Shown here one piece after another: positions 51,432 to 62,325 of a stretch of DNA of 64,000 nt. The DNA is taken from assembly GCA_049852185.1 (NCBI GenBank), contig CP187540.1. The stretch is one strand, 5' to 3'. Position 1 is the first letter of the stretch; every line of letters starts with the position of its first letter. A program made the translations under genes and the position numbers. Source of the DNA: Methanocaldococcus sp. 28A. GTDB taxonomy: Archaea; AGJL01; Methanococci; Methanococcales; Methanocaldococcaceae. Under the pieces are notes generated by a model. That model had not been told where the DNA came from and made no database searches. It saw only the letters and a program-made list of their open reading frames with translations.

Positions 51432-54400
51432 ATGCAAAAATTAAAAGTTTGGGAGGATGTTTTAGATGAGACATTAGATATGCAGGTAGCTCCTGAATTG
51501 GGAGATGTTGTAAATAAAACTGCTCACAAAATTTATACTGAACCAGAGGAATTCTTTAAAAGAACTTACTTTACTGATTCCATGGTTCAAATACTTGATA
51601 GGCTATTAAATACCTTAAGTGGGGATGAAAGACACAATATATTCTTAATATATTCTCTTTTTGGGGGAGGGAAGACACATACAATATTAACCATATACCA
51701 TGCAGTTAATAATCCTGATTCACTTACAAATGAAAATATTCTAAAAGATTATCCTGAAGATAAAAAAGAGAAAATAAAAAGTATTGGAATAAAATTAAAA
51801 GACTTTCAAAATCAAAACATAAAAATACTTCCAATATATGGTAAAGGAAGCTTAGGGCAACCAAGTAATCCATTAAACTTCGGTGCTTATGAAGTTAAAA
51901 CCTTATGGGGCTATATAGGACATTACTTAGGAAAGTATGCACTTGTTGAAAAATATGATAAAAACTTAACAGTTCCTCCAATAGACACAATTAGAGAACT
52001 TTTAAAAGGAAATAAAGTTGTGTTTTTAGTTGATGAAATTGTTCATTATATTGATAATTTATACAATAGTGGAAATGAAGATGATAGGAGATACGCAAAA
52101 AATATCTGTAAGTTTTTTGACGCTTTATCAACTGCATTAATTGGAACTGATAGTATAATGATTCTAACCTTACCAATGGAAAAAGATGGGGAAAAAGTTG
52201 AAAAAGGGTATAATAAGGAGATAGTTCTTTCACTTCATAGAGCAGTTGAGAGAGTCGGGGGAGCAGAACTTTACTCACCACTAAGAACCGAAGGAATTTC
52301 AGGTGGAGAAATTGTTGAAATTTTAAAAAAGAGAATTTTTGAAGACATAGACAAAGATTTTAAAGAGAAGATTATTGAAAAATATAGAGAAGCTTATTCA
52401 AACACTGATATATTTGGTAGATTTGAAAATAATTTATCAAAAACATATCCTTTTCATCCAGATTATATAGCAACGCTTAGAACTATAGTTGAAAGAGGGA
52501 ACTTGCAGAAAACAAGGGATATGGTTAGAATAACAAGAATTGTTATAAGAAACTTATTACAAGAAGAAGAGTTTCCTACCTTAATAATGCCATATCATAT
52601 AAATCCAAGAAATGAAAAACTAAAAGGGATATTGTTTGGAAAAAATCAAACATTTGCTGATTATGGAGGAGCTGTATTAGATGTAGATTTATCTCTTGAA
52701 AAATTTAAAAGATTTTCAAAACCAGAATTGGCAGAAATTATTTTGAGATACATATTCTTAAAAACCTATCCTTATGATTCTCCAATACCACTTGAAGGAT
52801 TCCCAAAAAAAGATAGTATTGCAAGGGCAGTTTATGAAATCAATTTCTTTGAAAGATATGCATTGCAATTAACTGATATTCCAAACACAATAAGTGAAAT
52901 TGAAAAAAGCTCATCATTCATATATTTAAACAAAAAAGATGGAATCTTCTGGTTTTGGAGAGTTGCAAATGTATCTCAAATGGTTGAAAGTAAAAAAGAT
53001 GAATTACTCTCCCTCCATATAATTGGTGTTTATAGAAAACTTGAAGAATTTGTTAAGAGGCATGTAGGAGGAAAAGGATTAAAAACCAAAAAAATTGAAG
53101 AGAATAAAATAACATTTTTTAAAAAGAATAATATTGTAGTATCAAGAGACGCACAAGAGTTCCAAGATGATGAAGATTATAAATTGCAAATACTCATAAG
53201 AGATGATGTTGATAAATCTACACTTTATAGAATAATTTATCAGTATGGGACTGGAACAAGAACATATAGAAATACAATAACTGTTTGTTATGCTGATAAA
53301 TCCCTAAACAAATTGCTTGAAATAACTGCTCGTATAATGGCATGTGAGAAAGTAAAAGACGATATTAAAGCAAAATATAAATCTTATGGAGAGGAGGTTG
53401 TTCAAATACAATCAAATATGGTAAGGACTATTGAAGATGATGCAAAAGCAGAATTTGATGAATCTGTAGCCAGCATATTTAAAAAAGTTGCATATCCTAA
53501 AGATAATGATGTGGAAATTGTTGATGCTACTCCAACATCCAAGTCAATACTTGAAAATGTATATTCAACACTTGTTGAATGGGGAAAAATTCCATCAAGT
53601 CTAACTTTTGAAGGTCTTGAATATTATTTAAATGAGGTAAATATATCCTTTGATAAACCAATTTATTTTTCAGAACTTAGAAGTATTATTAGAACTAATA
53701 CAAAACTTCCATTTATTACTGATGAACAATTAAAAGAAGTGATAAAAGAAGGAGTTGAAGACCTAAAAATTGGTATTGAGAGAGATGGAAGAGTTTTATT
53801 TAAAAGAATCTATCAAAATGTTCCTAATCATAATGAATCTGGAGTTCCTCTCAATGACATAAAAGAAAATGATATAATCTTGCCTCAAATAATGGCATTA
53901 AACAAACAAATAAACCAGATTTTAAAAGAAGAAAAGGATGAAGTTGTTGATAATAAGTATAAAAAGGTTTGGTATGAGGTTTATATTTCAGATTCTGAAT
54001 CATTGCCACTAAGAGAACTCGTTGAAGAAACAGAAGATGGCTTTATTGTTAAATCTGAGTTTGTAGATTTAGTAATAAATGGATATATAGTAAGAAAGAG
54101 TGAAGAGAAGATTATTGGAGAAAGAAATGAGTTTTCTTTGAAATTGGATAGACATAATATTGAAGGAAAACCAGGAGAAGATGTAGATGTAAAAGTAATA
54201 ATAACACCGTTAAAAGGCAATGATTTTGAAGTGAATATTGAAGTTGAAGAAGGGATATTAGATTTAACACATGGAAAGGTTCCTTATGAAACAATTTGGC
54301 ATATAAAAATTCCTGAATCTAAAAAAACTTATGAGATAAAAGCAATATCTGAAGATGGTGTAGTAAAAACTGATAAAATAACCATCACTCCAAGAACTGA

Positions 54401-54746
54401 TATTGTAGATGTTCATGAATTATCTGAAAACTTAAAAGGAGGAAAATTATTAGAAATAAAGGGAATTAAATCCTATGATGATTTATGTATGATTCCTGAA
54501 AACTTAAATGTCAAAGTTAGAGGAAACTTTATTATTGAAAATGATGAATACTTTAAAGCAGATTTCAATAATCTACCTCTTGATGTTGTAAAATATATTA
54601 TTGAAGAGATAGAAGGAGTTATAGAACATAAGGCAAAGTTAGACGTAGATATTATTTTTACAGAAGAGATAAAAATTGATGACTTAATATTTGAGAAACT
54701 TAGATGCTTAAATAAAAAAGTAGTATTTAAAATTAAAAAATGCTGA
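51432..54746 (+). CDS. DUF499/COG1483 AAA+ ATPase with beta-rich C-terminal domains
   Basis: FF.RTY.T, Walker A FGGGKTH, TLWG, Walker B FLVDE, IL.KRIF, YPFHP, Q.TR. Confidence 0.88.
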   Translation: MQKLKVWEDVLDETLDMQVAPELGDVVNKTAHKIYTEPEEFFKRTYFTDSMVQILDRLLNTLSGDERHNIFLIYSLFGGGKTHTILTIYHAVNNPDSLTNENILKDYPEDKKEKIKSIGIKLKDFQNQNIKILPIYGKGSLGQPSNPLNFGAYEVKTLWGYIGHYLGKYALVEKYDKNLTVPPIDTIRELLKGNKVVFLVDEIVHYIDNLYNSGNEDDRRYAKNICKFFDALSTALIGTDSIMILTLPMEKDGEKVEKGYNKEIVLSLHRAVERVGGAELYSPLRTEGISGGEIVEILKKRIFEDIDKDFKEKIIEKYREAYSNTDIFGRFENNLSKTYPFHPDYIATLRTIVERGNLQKTRDMVRITRIVIRNLLQEEEFPTLIMPYHINPRNEKLKGILFGKNQTFADYGGAVLDVDLSLEKFKRFSKPELAEIILRYIFLKTYPYDSPIPLEGFPKKDSIARAVYEINFFERYALQLTDIPNTISEIEKSSSFIYLNKKDGIFWFWRVANVSQMVESKKDELLSLHIIGVYRKLEEFVKRHVGGKGLKTKKIEENKITFFKKNNIVVSRDAQEFQDDEDYKLQILIRDDVDKSTLYRIIYQYGTGTRTYRNTITVCYADKSLNKLLEITARIMACEKVKDDIKAKYKSYGEEVVQIQSNMVRTIEDDAKAEFDESVASIFKKVAYPKDNDVEIVDATPTSKSILENVYSTLVEWGKIPSSLTFEGLEYYLNEVNISFDKPIYFSELRSIIRTNTKLPFITDEQLKEVIKEGVEDLKIGIERDGRVLFKRIYQNVPNHNESGVPLNDIKENDIILPQIMALNKQINQILKEEKDEVVDNKYKKVWYEVYISDSESLPLRELVEETEDGFIVKSEFVDLVINGYIVRKSEEKIIGERNEFSLKLDRHNIEGKPGEDVDVKVIITPLKGNDFEVNIEVEEGILDLTHGKVPYETIWHIKIPESKKTYEIKAISEDGVVKTDKITITPRTDIVDVHELSENLKGGKLLEIKGIKSYDDLCMIPENLNVKVRGNFIIENDEYFKADFNNLPLDVVKYIIEEIEGVIEHKAKLDVDIIFTEEIKIDDLIFEKLRCLNKKVVFKIKKC

Positions 54747-54826
54747 TTTTAAGTAGTTTTTTATATCATTTTATATTATTTTTTCCTTCCTATTATTTTT
54801 TTATTTCTTTTTTGTGAGGTGATTTT

Positions 54827-55282
54827 GTGAAAGGAAATACTCAATATATGGTTAAACTTAGATATATTAAGCCTATAAAATTGCCAATTGTAAAAGAACA
54901 AAAATTAGCAGAATTTATTCCTATAATTCCTCTTGAGGACAACAAATACATAAAAGGTAAAATTGAAGGAGTTGCGAGAGTATTTCTTCCAGAGTTTATT
55001 AATTTCGCTAAACACCTTGGATTTGAAGTTTCTGGTAAAAAGAGGATAACATTAAAAACTGATGATGATTATGCATATCTAAAATTGTTTGTCTATGCCA
55101 TGGTTATGCAAGCATTAAAAGATAATACAATGTGGGGAAAGTTAGAAGACCACATTCTTTCTATGGAACCTCTATCCTTACGTTATTGGGCATCAACTTT
55201 TAGAAGTAGATATTGGGAATATAATAATAGAAGAAAATTATTAAAAATAGCAAAATGTTTTTTGGAAGTTGAAGAACTTTAA
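54827..55282 (+). CDS. Small accessory protein in the position usually held by DUF3780
   Basis: GAGGTGA ribosome-binding site; M....L.YW motif; lies between the DUF499 ATPase and the helicase. Confidence 0.6.
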   Translation: MKGNTQYMVKLRYIKPIKLPIVKEQKLAEFIPIIPLEDNKYIKGKIEGVARVFLPEFINFAKHLGFEVSGKKRITLKTDDDYAYLKLFVYAMVMQALKDNTMWGKLEDHILSMEPLSLRYWASTFRSRYWEYNNRRKLLKIAKCFLEVEEL

Positions 55283-55285
55283 AAA

Positions 55286-55332
55286 TAGGACTTTCGCAGG
55301 AATAAATATATTAGTATTGAATATAGACACCT
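55286..55332. repeat. Partial family B repeat
   Basis: TAGGACTTTCGCAGGAATAAAT, matching the start of the 42988 copy; truncated. Confidence 0.7.
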
Positions 55333-55353
55333 AATTATGTGGGGGGATGAAAA

Positions 55354-58353
55354 TTGCAAAATAAAATAAAAAACTATCTCATAAAAAAGATATTTTTGCA
55401 TGACCCATTACTATTTTTCTATGCTTTAAATCATCCTGCATCAAAAAAACAAATAAAGCCATTTATACACCAAATTTATCTCCTATACAATGCTATGCTT
55501 CTTCGTCCAGTCCGTTTTTTAATTGCAGATGAGATTGGCTTAGGTAAAACAATAGAATCTCTTACAATAGCAAGATATTTAGAACTAAAAGATGGGATAA
55601 AAAAGATTTTAGTTTTAACTCCAAAAATTTTAAGAGAGCAGTGGGTTTCAGAAATAAAAAGAGTTGGAGGAATTCCAAGGATTGTTAAAAATGGGAATGA
55701 TATAAATAATATTAAAAGTTTTTTACAGTATTATGATTCTGCAGTTTATATTATAATCTCAATAGACCTTGCAAAAAGGTATGTTGATAAAATATTGCAA
55801 ATTGATTGGGACTTAGTTATTGTTGATGAAGCCCATAACATTACCAAAAATACTCAAAGGGGAAAATTAGTAGAAAAACTTTCAAAAAAAGTAAGAAATA
55901 TGCTTTTACTTTCCGCAACTCCACACAGAGGAGACCATCAAGATTATCTATATAGATTAAAGATTTTAGATTACACACTTATAAATGATTTTGACAAATT
56001 AAATACTCAAAATTTCTATCGTAAGACTCATGACATATTAGTTTTTAGAAGGACAAAAAAATTAGTAAATGCCCTTGAGAATAAAAAAGTCTTTAAAGAT
56101 TGCCAGTTTAATGCAGTAGTAGTGGATATATCAGAAGAGGAAAAAATATTTTTTAACCTTCTTGAAAATACTCTTAAAAATATACTGAAAAATACAAAAA
56201 AGAGTTCTCCAATAGCTCTTTTAGCAGTGATTTTAGGTAAGAGGGCATCTTCAAGTTATAAAGCAGCAATTGAAACACTGAATAGGATTATAAAAAGTAG
56301 CATTTTAAAAACTGATGATATTGATGTGTCAGAAGATATTCAAAACCTCTTCTCATTAAGTTTTGAAGAAATAGAATTTGAAGATTATAGAGAAGTATCT
56401 GACATAATAAATAATATTGTTGATAAATATTCACCCTATTTAAGCCAAGAACAAAAAGAATTATTTGAAAATCTCCTTAAAACAACAACTAACATTATAG
56501 TTAAAAAAGATAGTAAAATTGATGCTTTAGCAAAAATTATTGCAGAACATATTGAAAATAATGAGAAAATTGTAGTATTTACTGAATATGTTGATACTCT
56601 CAAATATCTTCAAGAAAATCTGCCTAAGTATCTAAATAACTATGGTGTTAAAATAGACACAAATGAAATATTAACACTTTCAGGAGAGGACAAAAATAGG
56701 ATGGAGAATATTACTGAGGAGATTAATAAAAAATTTGGGGATTATGGAAAAATTTTACTGGCAACAGATGTCGCTTCTGAAGGTCTTAATTTACAAATTG
56801 CAAGTGTCCTAATAAATTATGACTCCCCATGGAGTCCTATAAAATTAGAGCAAAGAATTGGTAGGGTTTGGAGGTTAGGGCAAGAAAAGGACGTGTCTAT
56901 TTATAATATTTTCCTTTCAAATAGAATGGACTTGGAACTACTCAATAACCTTTATAAAAAAATTATGAATATTAAAACTGCACTTGATAATCAATTAGCA
57001 ATAGGTAAGGAGATATATATTGCAAATGCTGAAAATCTATTTAACTTAGAAGAATTCGCATACATAAAAAACTTGTCCGAGTATGATATTATAATTTCAG
57101 CAATAATTGGAGAGTTAGGCAGTTATACAGAAGAAATTGTCAAAACTCTAAAAGTTATTAGAAATAAGCTAAAAATAATGGGTATTTTTCCAGAAGAACG
57201 TGCTGAAGAAATAAAAAAGGAAGTTTTAAATGTTATCCAAAACGAAAATTATTTAGAGATTGAAAAGGTTGAAGAAATTTTGAGGGACTATCATGATAAA
57301 GTCTTAAATGACAAAATAAATACCCAAAATATGTGGTATCAAATCATAAAATCAAAAAATGATAAAGATTTACAAATATCAAGAATTGTTATAAAGAATC
57401 AATTTAAAAATAGGGAATATTTGTTTTTTGTAAAGATATTAAATGAAGATAATGAGATTGTTTGGGAAATTCCATTGATGGTCTCTTATCAAAAAAAAAT
57501 TAAGTTAATGACAAGTGTTGAATTGTTAAAATACTTAACAACAATCTTTAGCAAAGATTTATTTTTCACAGAATACATAGAAAAACCTAATGAAAAGCAA
57601 GTATTGGCTATTAAAGGAAATGTCCTTACTTATGCCAGAAGTATTGTAAGTAACATAAATAAAAGAATTTCAAATTACGAAAATCTCATGGATTCAGGTT
57701 TAAAAGATGATAAATTATTTAAGAATTTGAAAATAAGTGTTAGTAATCCTATAATTATTGATTATCTGCCAGAGAAGGAATTTTCAATTGGAAAAGTTAT
57801 TCCTTTAGATATTGTGGATAATTTAGATAGAGATAATATTATTTTACCAGATGAAAATGATTTAAAGGTAATAAATAGGAATTTTCTGCCCCTTGAAGAA
57901 CTTGTGAAAATTGAAAAATTGGCTATGAATGTTATAATGAATCTCGAAGAACAAAGATTAGCAAGTAAATATGGATATGAAAATAAAGGTAAGATTTGGG
58001 ATGTTTTAGATGTCTCTCTACATGAGCATTATGATATAAAAGTTATTGAAAATGGAGAGGAGAAGTATATTGAAGTAAAAGGTCATAAGGGATTATTACC
58101 AATTGCAGAACTTACAGAGGCGGAATACAGATTTGCCATGGAAAATAAAGATAAATACTACCTATATATTGTTTGTAATATTGGGGAAGATGGGAAAAAT
58201 GCTATAATATTTGAGATTCATAATCCTTTAGACAATGAAAATAGAAAAGTTTATTTAATTAGAGATGGGGAAAAAATAGATATAAGCAAACACTATAAAA
58301 ATACTAACATCGTTGAAAGAAAAAGATATCTCCTAAAATTGGGACAAAAATAG
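55354..58353 (+). CDS. SWI2/SNF2 helicase fused to a DUF3883 (PD-(D/E)XK) nuclease
   Basis: HQ, ADEIGLGKT, DEAH, SATP, FRRTK, VFTEY, SEGLNLQ, EQRIGRV.R.GQ; C-terminal YDI...IEVKG....LT..E. Confidence 0.92.
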   Translation: MQNKIKNYLIKKIFLHDPLLFFYALNHPASKKQIKPFIHQIYLLYNAMLLRPVRFLIADEIGLGKTIESLTIARYLELKDGIKKILVLTPKILREQWVSEIKRVGGIPRIVKNGNDINNIKSFLQYYDSAVYIIISIDLAKRYVDKILQIDWDLVIVDEAHNITKNTQRGKLVEKLSKKVRNMLLLSATPHRGDHQDYLYRLKILDYTLINDFDKLNTQNFYRKTHDILVFRRTKKLVNALENKKVFKDCQFNAVVVDISEEEKIFFNLLENTLKNILKNTKKSSPIALLAVILGKRASSSYKAAIETLNRIIKSSILKTDDIDVSEDIQNLFSLSFEEIEFEDYREVSDIINNIVDKYSPYLSQEQKELFENLLKTTTNIIVKKDSKIDALAKIIAEHIENNEKIVVFTEYVDTLKYLQENLPKYLNNYGVKIDTNEILTLSGEDKNRMENITEEINKKFGDYGKILLATDVASEGLNLQIASVLINYDSPWSPIKLEQRIGRVWRLGQEKDVSIYNIFLSNRMDLELLNNLYKKIMNIKTALDNQLAIGKEIYIANAENLFNLEEFAYIKNLSEYDIIISAIIGELGSYTEEIVKTLKVIRNKLKIMGIFPEERAEEIKKEVLNVIQNENYLEIEKVEEILRDYHDKVLNDKINTQNMWYQIIKSKNDKDLQISRIVIKNQFKNREYLFFVKILNEDNEIVWEIPLMVSYQKKIKLMTSVELLKYLTTIFSKDLFFTEYIEKPNEKQVLAIKGNVLTYARSIVSNINKRISNYENLMDSGLKDDKLFKNLKISVSNPIIIDYLPEKEFSIGKVIPLDIVDNLDRDNIILPDENDLKVINRNFLPLEELVKIEKLAMNVIMNLEEQRLASKYGYENKGKIWDVLDVSLHEHYDIKVIENGEEKYIEVKGHKGLLPIAELTEAEYRFAMENKDKYYLYIVCNIGEDGKNAIIFEIHNPLDNENRKVYLIRDGEKIDISKHYKNTNIVERKRYLLKLGQK

Positions 58354-58369
58354 TTAGATATGCGATATT

Positions 58370-58810
58370 ATGACATATTGGCTCTGCATAACAAATGAAG
58401 ATAATTGGAAAGTGATAAAAGAAAAGAAAATTTGGGGAGTGGCAGAGAGACATAAGAATACACTAAGTAAAGTTAAAGTTGGAGATAAACTAATTATTTA
58501 TGAAATTCAGAGGAGTGGAAAGGATTATAAACCTCCATACATTAGAGGCGTTTATGAAGTAATCTCTGAAGTTTATAAAGATTCTACAAAAATTTTTAAA
58601 CCAACTCCAAGAAATCCTAATGAGAAATTTCCATATAGAGTTAAACTTAAAGAAATTAAAGTTTTTGAACCTCCAATTAACTTTAAAGATTTAATTCCAA
58701 AACTTAGATTTATCACCAATAAAAAGAAATGGAGTGGGCATTTAATGGGAAAAGCAATGAGAGAAATTCCTGAGGAAGATTATAAATTAATTGTTGAATC
58801 TAAAGCTTAA
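58370..58810 (+). CDS. EVE domain protein (PUA-like)
   Basis: YWL.IT..NW.....WGV, VK.GD.LI.Y, F.....E.FPYRV, MREI.EEDY. Confidence 0.9.
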   Translation: MTYWLCITNEDNWKVIKEKKIWGVAERHKNTLSKVKVGDKLIIYEIQRSGKDYKPPYIRGVYEVISEVYKDSTKIFKPTPRNPNEKFPYRVKLKEIKVFEPPINFKDLIPKLRFITNKKKWSGHLMGKAMREIPEEDYKLIVESKA

Positions 58811-60663
58811 AACCTATTTTTTATACTTGCATCAAGCTCATCTAAGGAATATACATTTAACTCTCCTTTTTTTACAGTTTCTATTGCTTTAACTGCCGCT
58901 TTAGCTCCTGGAATTGTTGTAATGTATGGAATACCCAAATCTACTGCTGCTCTTCTTATATAATATCCATCTGACTTTGCCTTTTTTCCTGAAGATGTGT
59001 TTATTATTAAGTGTATCTTTCCATCTCTCATTAACTTTAAGATGTTATCATTTGGGCTTTCAGATATCTTCTTAACAAGTATTGTTGGAATGTCATTTTC
59101 TCTTAACACTTTTGCAGTACCTTCTGTTGCATATATTGTAAATCCAAGCTCATGTAATTTTTTAGCAACTTCAACAATATGCTTTTTATCTCTATCCCTA
59201 ACACTTATAAACACATTCCCAACAATTGGCAATTCCATATTTGCAGATAATTGGGATTTATAATATGCCCTACCAAAGTCTTTATCAATTCCAATAGCCT
59301 CTCCAGTAGATTTCATCTCTGGTCCTAAAACAGGGTCTACTCCAGGCAATTTTTGGAATGGGAACACAGCCTCTTTAATTGATACATACTTTGGCTTAGC
59401 AATCCAAACTTTTTCTCCCACTGTTTCAACATCATAATCTTTAATTAACTCCTCCAACTTTTTACCAAGCATAACCTTTGTAGCCAACTTAGCTAATGGA
59501 ATTCCTACTGATTTACTTACGTAAGGAACAGTTCTTGAAGCTCTTGGGTTTGCTTCCAAAACATAAACAACCCCATCCTTAACTGCATACTGCACATTCA
59601 ACAATCCTACTATATTTAACTCCCTTGCTAACTTTGCAGTGTAATCAATGACAGTATCAATTATCTCTTTAGGTAGTGTCTGAGGAGGAATTACAGTTGC
59701 TGAATCCCCACTATGCACTCCTGCCTCTTCAATATGTTCCATTATAGCTCCAATTAAAACACTCTCTCCATCACATACTGCATCAACATCTAACTCAATG
59801 GCATCTTCTAAAAATTTATCTATCAAAACAGGATGCTCTTCTGAAACTCTAACGGCTTCTTCCATGTATTCAATTAACTCCTCTTCACTATAGACAATTT
59901 GCATCGCCCTTCCTCCCAAAACATAGGAAGGTCTGACTAAAACAGGATATCCAATTCTTTTAGCTATCTCTAAAGCCTCTTCTTTTGTAAAAGCAGTTCC
60001 TCCTTCAGCTTGAGGAATATTTAACTTTTTTAATAATTTAGAAAACTCTTCCCTATCTTCAGCAACATTTATATTTTCTGGGGTAGTTCCTAAGATATTA
60101 ACACCAGCTTTTTTTAACTTCATAGCTAAGTTTATTGCTGTTTGCCCACCAAATTGAACTATAACTCCTAAAAGCTCTCCTCTCTCTTTCTCTCTTTCAA
60201 CTATATTTAAAACATCTTCAAATGTTATTGGCTCAAAATATAACTTATCTGATGTGTCATAGTCAGTTGAAACTGTCTCTGGGTTGTTATTTATAATTAT
60301 TGCTTCAAATCCCATCTCCTTTAAAGCTAAGACTGCATGAACACTTGAGTAATCAAATTCTATACCCTGTCCAATCCTTATTGGTCCAGAACCTAATATA
60401 ATTACTTTCTTTCTATCTGATGGGTTGCTTTCATCCTGCTCCTTATAGACATAATTTTCATAGGCTGAATAATAATAAGGTGTTTTTGCCTCAAACTCTG
60501 CAGCACAGGTATCTACCATTTTATATAGTGGGAGGATATTAAGTTTTTTTCTCAATTCTCTAACTTCCATCTCATCCATTCCTAATAAATTAGCTATTTG
60601 TTTATCAGAAAAGCCCATTTTTTTTGCTTTTAATAAAATTTCCTTTAATTTTTTCATTTCCAT
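58807..60663 (-). CDS. carB2: Carbamoyl-phosphate synthase large subunit, C-terminal part
   Basis: [43 protein letters not shown] domain. Confidence 0.95.
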   Translation of the reverse strand: MEMKKLKEILLKAKKMGFSDKQIANLLGMDEMEVRELRKKLNILPLYKMVDTCAAEFEAKTPYYYSAYENYVYKEQDESNPSDRKKVIILGSGPIRIGQGIEFDYSSVHAVLALKEMGFEAIIINNNPETVSTDYDTSDKLYFEPITFEDVLNIVEREKERGELLGVIVQFGGQTAINLAMKLKKAGVNILGTTPENINVAEDREEFSKLLKKLNIPQAEGGTAFTKEEALEIAKRIGYPVLVRPSYVLGGRAMQIVYSEEELIEYMEEAVRVSEEHPVLIDKFLEDAIELDVDAVCDGESVLIGAIMEHIEEAGVHSGDSATVIPPQTLPKEIIDTVIDYTAKLARELNIVGLLNVQYAVKDGVVYVLEANPRASRTVPYVSKSVGIPLAKLATKVMLGKKLEELIKDYDVETVGEKVWIAKPKYVSIKEAVFPFQKLPGVDPVLGPEMKSTGEAIGIDKDFGRAYYKSQLSANMELPIVGNVFISVRDRDKKHIVEVAKKLHELGFTIYATEGTAKVLRENDIPTILVKKISESPNDNILKLMRDGKIHLIINTSSGKKAKSDGYYIRRAAVDLGIPYITTIPGAKAAVKAIETVKKGELNVYSLDELDASIKNRF

Positions 60664-60685
60664 AGTTTTTCACCTAATAATTATT

Positions 60686-62143
60686 TTAACTGCTTAAACT
60701 TAATTCCTTAATTTCTTCTTTAAGTTTTTCTAACTCTTTTTTCATATCAACAATATTTTTAATCTTCTTAATGAAGAACTCATCAATATTTGTTAATTCA
60801 CAGATTTTTTCAACACTCCATCCTTTCTCTAAAGCCTTAGCTATAACAAAAATCCTCTCATCAGTTGGATTTTTCAATATGTTTTTAATTTCTTCATCAC
60901 TATAGTCCTTATCCTTCCTATCACCAATTAAACCTAATCTACCAATATCTAAACTTCTAATAGCTTTCTGCAGAGCTTCTTCAAAGCTTCTACCAATTGC
61001 CATTACTTCTCCAGTAGATTTCATACTAGTTCCTAATCTCTTATCTACTGTTTTAAACTTATCAAATGGCCATCTTGGGATTTTTACAACAACATAGTCT
61101 AAAGTTGGCTCAAAGCTTGCTGGTGTCTCTTTTGTAACATCATTTAAAATTTCATCTAATGTTTTTCCTATAGCTATTTTTGCAGCAATCCTTGCTATTG
61201 GATAACCAGTAGCTTTACTTGCTAAAGCTGAACTTCTTGAAACTCTTGGATTAACTTCAATAACCCTATACTCAGTCATTTCCTTATTTACTGCAAATTG
61301 TATATTGCATCCTCCCTCAACTCCTAAATGTCTTATAATCTTTATAGCCGCATTTCTTAGCTTTTGATAAAACTCATCTGGTAATGTTTGTATTGGAGAA
61401 ACAACAATACTCTCTCCAGTGTGTATTCCCATAGGGTCTATATTCTCCATACCACAGACAATTATACATGTATCTTTTCTGTCCCTCATAACCTCTAACT
61501 CAAACTCTTTCCATCCCAAAACACTCTCATCAATTAAAACTTGGTTAATTATTGAATATTTTAAACCTTTTGAAGCAATATCTATTAATTCTTCTTTGTT
61601 ATGTGCAATACCTCCTCCTGTTCCTCCTAATGTAAATGCAGGTCTTACAATAACAGGATAGCCAATCTCTTCAGCAAACTCAAGTGCTTCATCAACAGAA
61701 TTAACTGCTTTACACTTTGTAACTGGCTCATTAATTTCAGCCATTGCCTTAGCAAAAAGCTCTCTATCCTCTGCTATTTCAATTGTCTTTATATTTGAAC
61801 CAAGAAGTTTTATTCCATATTTGTCTAAAATCCCTCTTCTATGTAACTCTAAAGCTAAGTTAAGTCCTGTTTGTCCTCCCATTGTTGGTAAAATAGCATC
61901 GGGTCTTTCCTTCTCAATAATCTTTTCAACAATTTTTGGATGTAATGGCTCTAAATAAACCTTATCTGCCATGTCTGTATCTGTTTGGATAGTTGCGGGG
62001 TTTGAATTTACTAAAATAGTATATATTCCTTCCTCCCTCAAAGCTTTACACGCCTGAGAACCTGAAAAATCGAACTCTGCTGCCTGTCCAATAACTATCG
62101 GCCCAGAACCAAAAACCATAACTTTCTCAATACTTTCCATCAA
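60686..62143 (-). CDS. carB1: Carbamoyl-phosphate synthase large subunit, N-terminal part
   Basis: [41 protein letters not shown]. Confidence 0.95.
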   Translation of the reverse strand: MMESIEKVMVFGSGPIVIGQAAEFDFSGSQACKALREEGIYTILVNSNPATIQTDTDMADKVYLEPLHPKIVEKIIEKERPDAILPTMGGQTGLNLALELHRRGILDKYGIKLLGSNIKTIEIAEDRELFAKAMAEINEPVTKCKAVNSVDEALEFAEEIGYPVIVRPAFTLGGTGGGIAHNKEELIDIASKGLKYSIINQVLIDESVLGWKEFELEVMRDRKDTCIIVCGMENIDPMGIHTGESIVVSPIQTLPDEFYQKLRNAAIKIIRHLGVEGGCNIQFAVNKEMTEYRVIEVNPRVSRSSALASKATGYPIARIAAKIAIGKTLDEILNDVTKETPASFEPTLDYVVVKIPRWPFDKFKTVDKRLGTSMKSTGEVMAIGRSFEEALQKAIRSLDIGRLGLIGDRKDKDYSDEEIKNILKNPTDERIFVIAKALEKGWSVEKICELTNIDEFFIKKIKNIVDMKKELEKLKEEIKELSLSS

Positions 62144-62325
62144 TATCCACCATAATAATATTTTACAATATTTATATATTTGACTATTATAATTCAGATT
62201 ATCTCAATTATTGAAGATGAGCTTTTTAAAATTGCATAAATTATAATATAGTTACTTACATTTAAGTATCCTTTCCATAATAATCAGTTAAGGTTTTTAA
62301 AGTTAATGGTTCTAAAGGTGGTAAT

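Noticed and set aside
44821-58353. Inteins in the large methylase, ATPase or helicase
   Set aside because: Core motif spacing looks normal, and no LAGLIDADG blocks or HN-C/S/T splice junctions interrupt conserved motifs.
43237-58810. Canonical BREX, DISARM or Dpd system call
   Set aside because: No PglZ, BrxL, DrmB/DUF1998 or DpdB/C is recognisable, so it is reported as a DUF1156/DUF499/SNF2 system.
1347-61661. Short ORFs antisense to or overlapping real genes (e.g. 1347, 4013, 7416, 8169, 13493, 20880, 24232, 30370, 38118, 46866, 51991, 58997, 61419)
   Set aside because: Shadow ORFs with Phe/Ser/Leu/Ile-rich antisense composition and no ribosome-binding sites or motifs.
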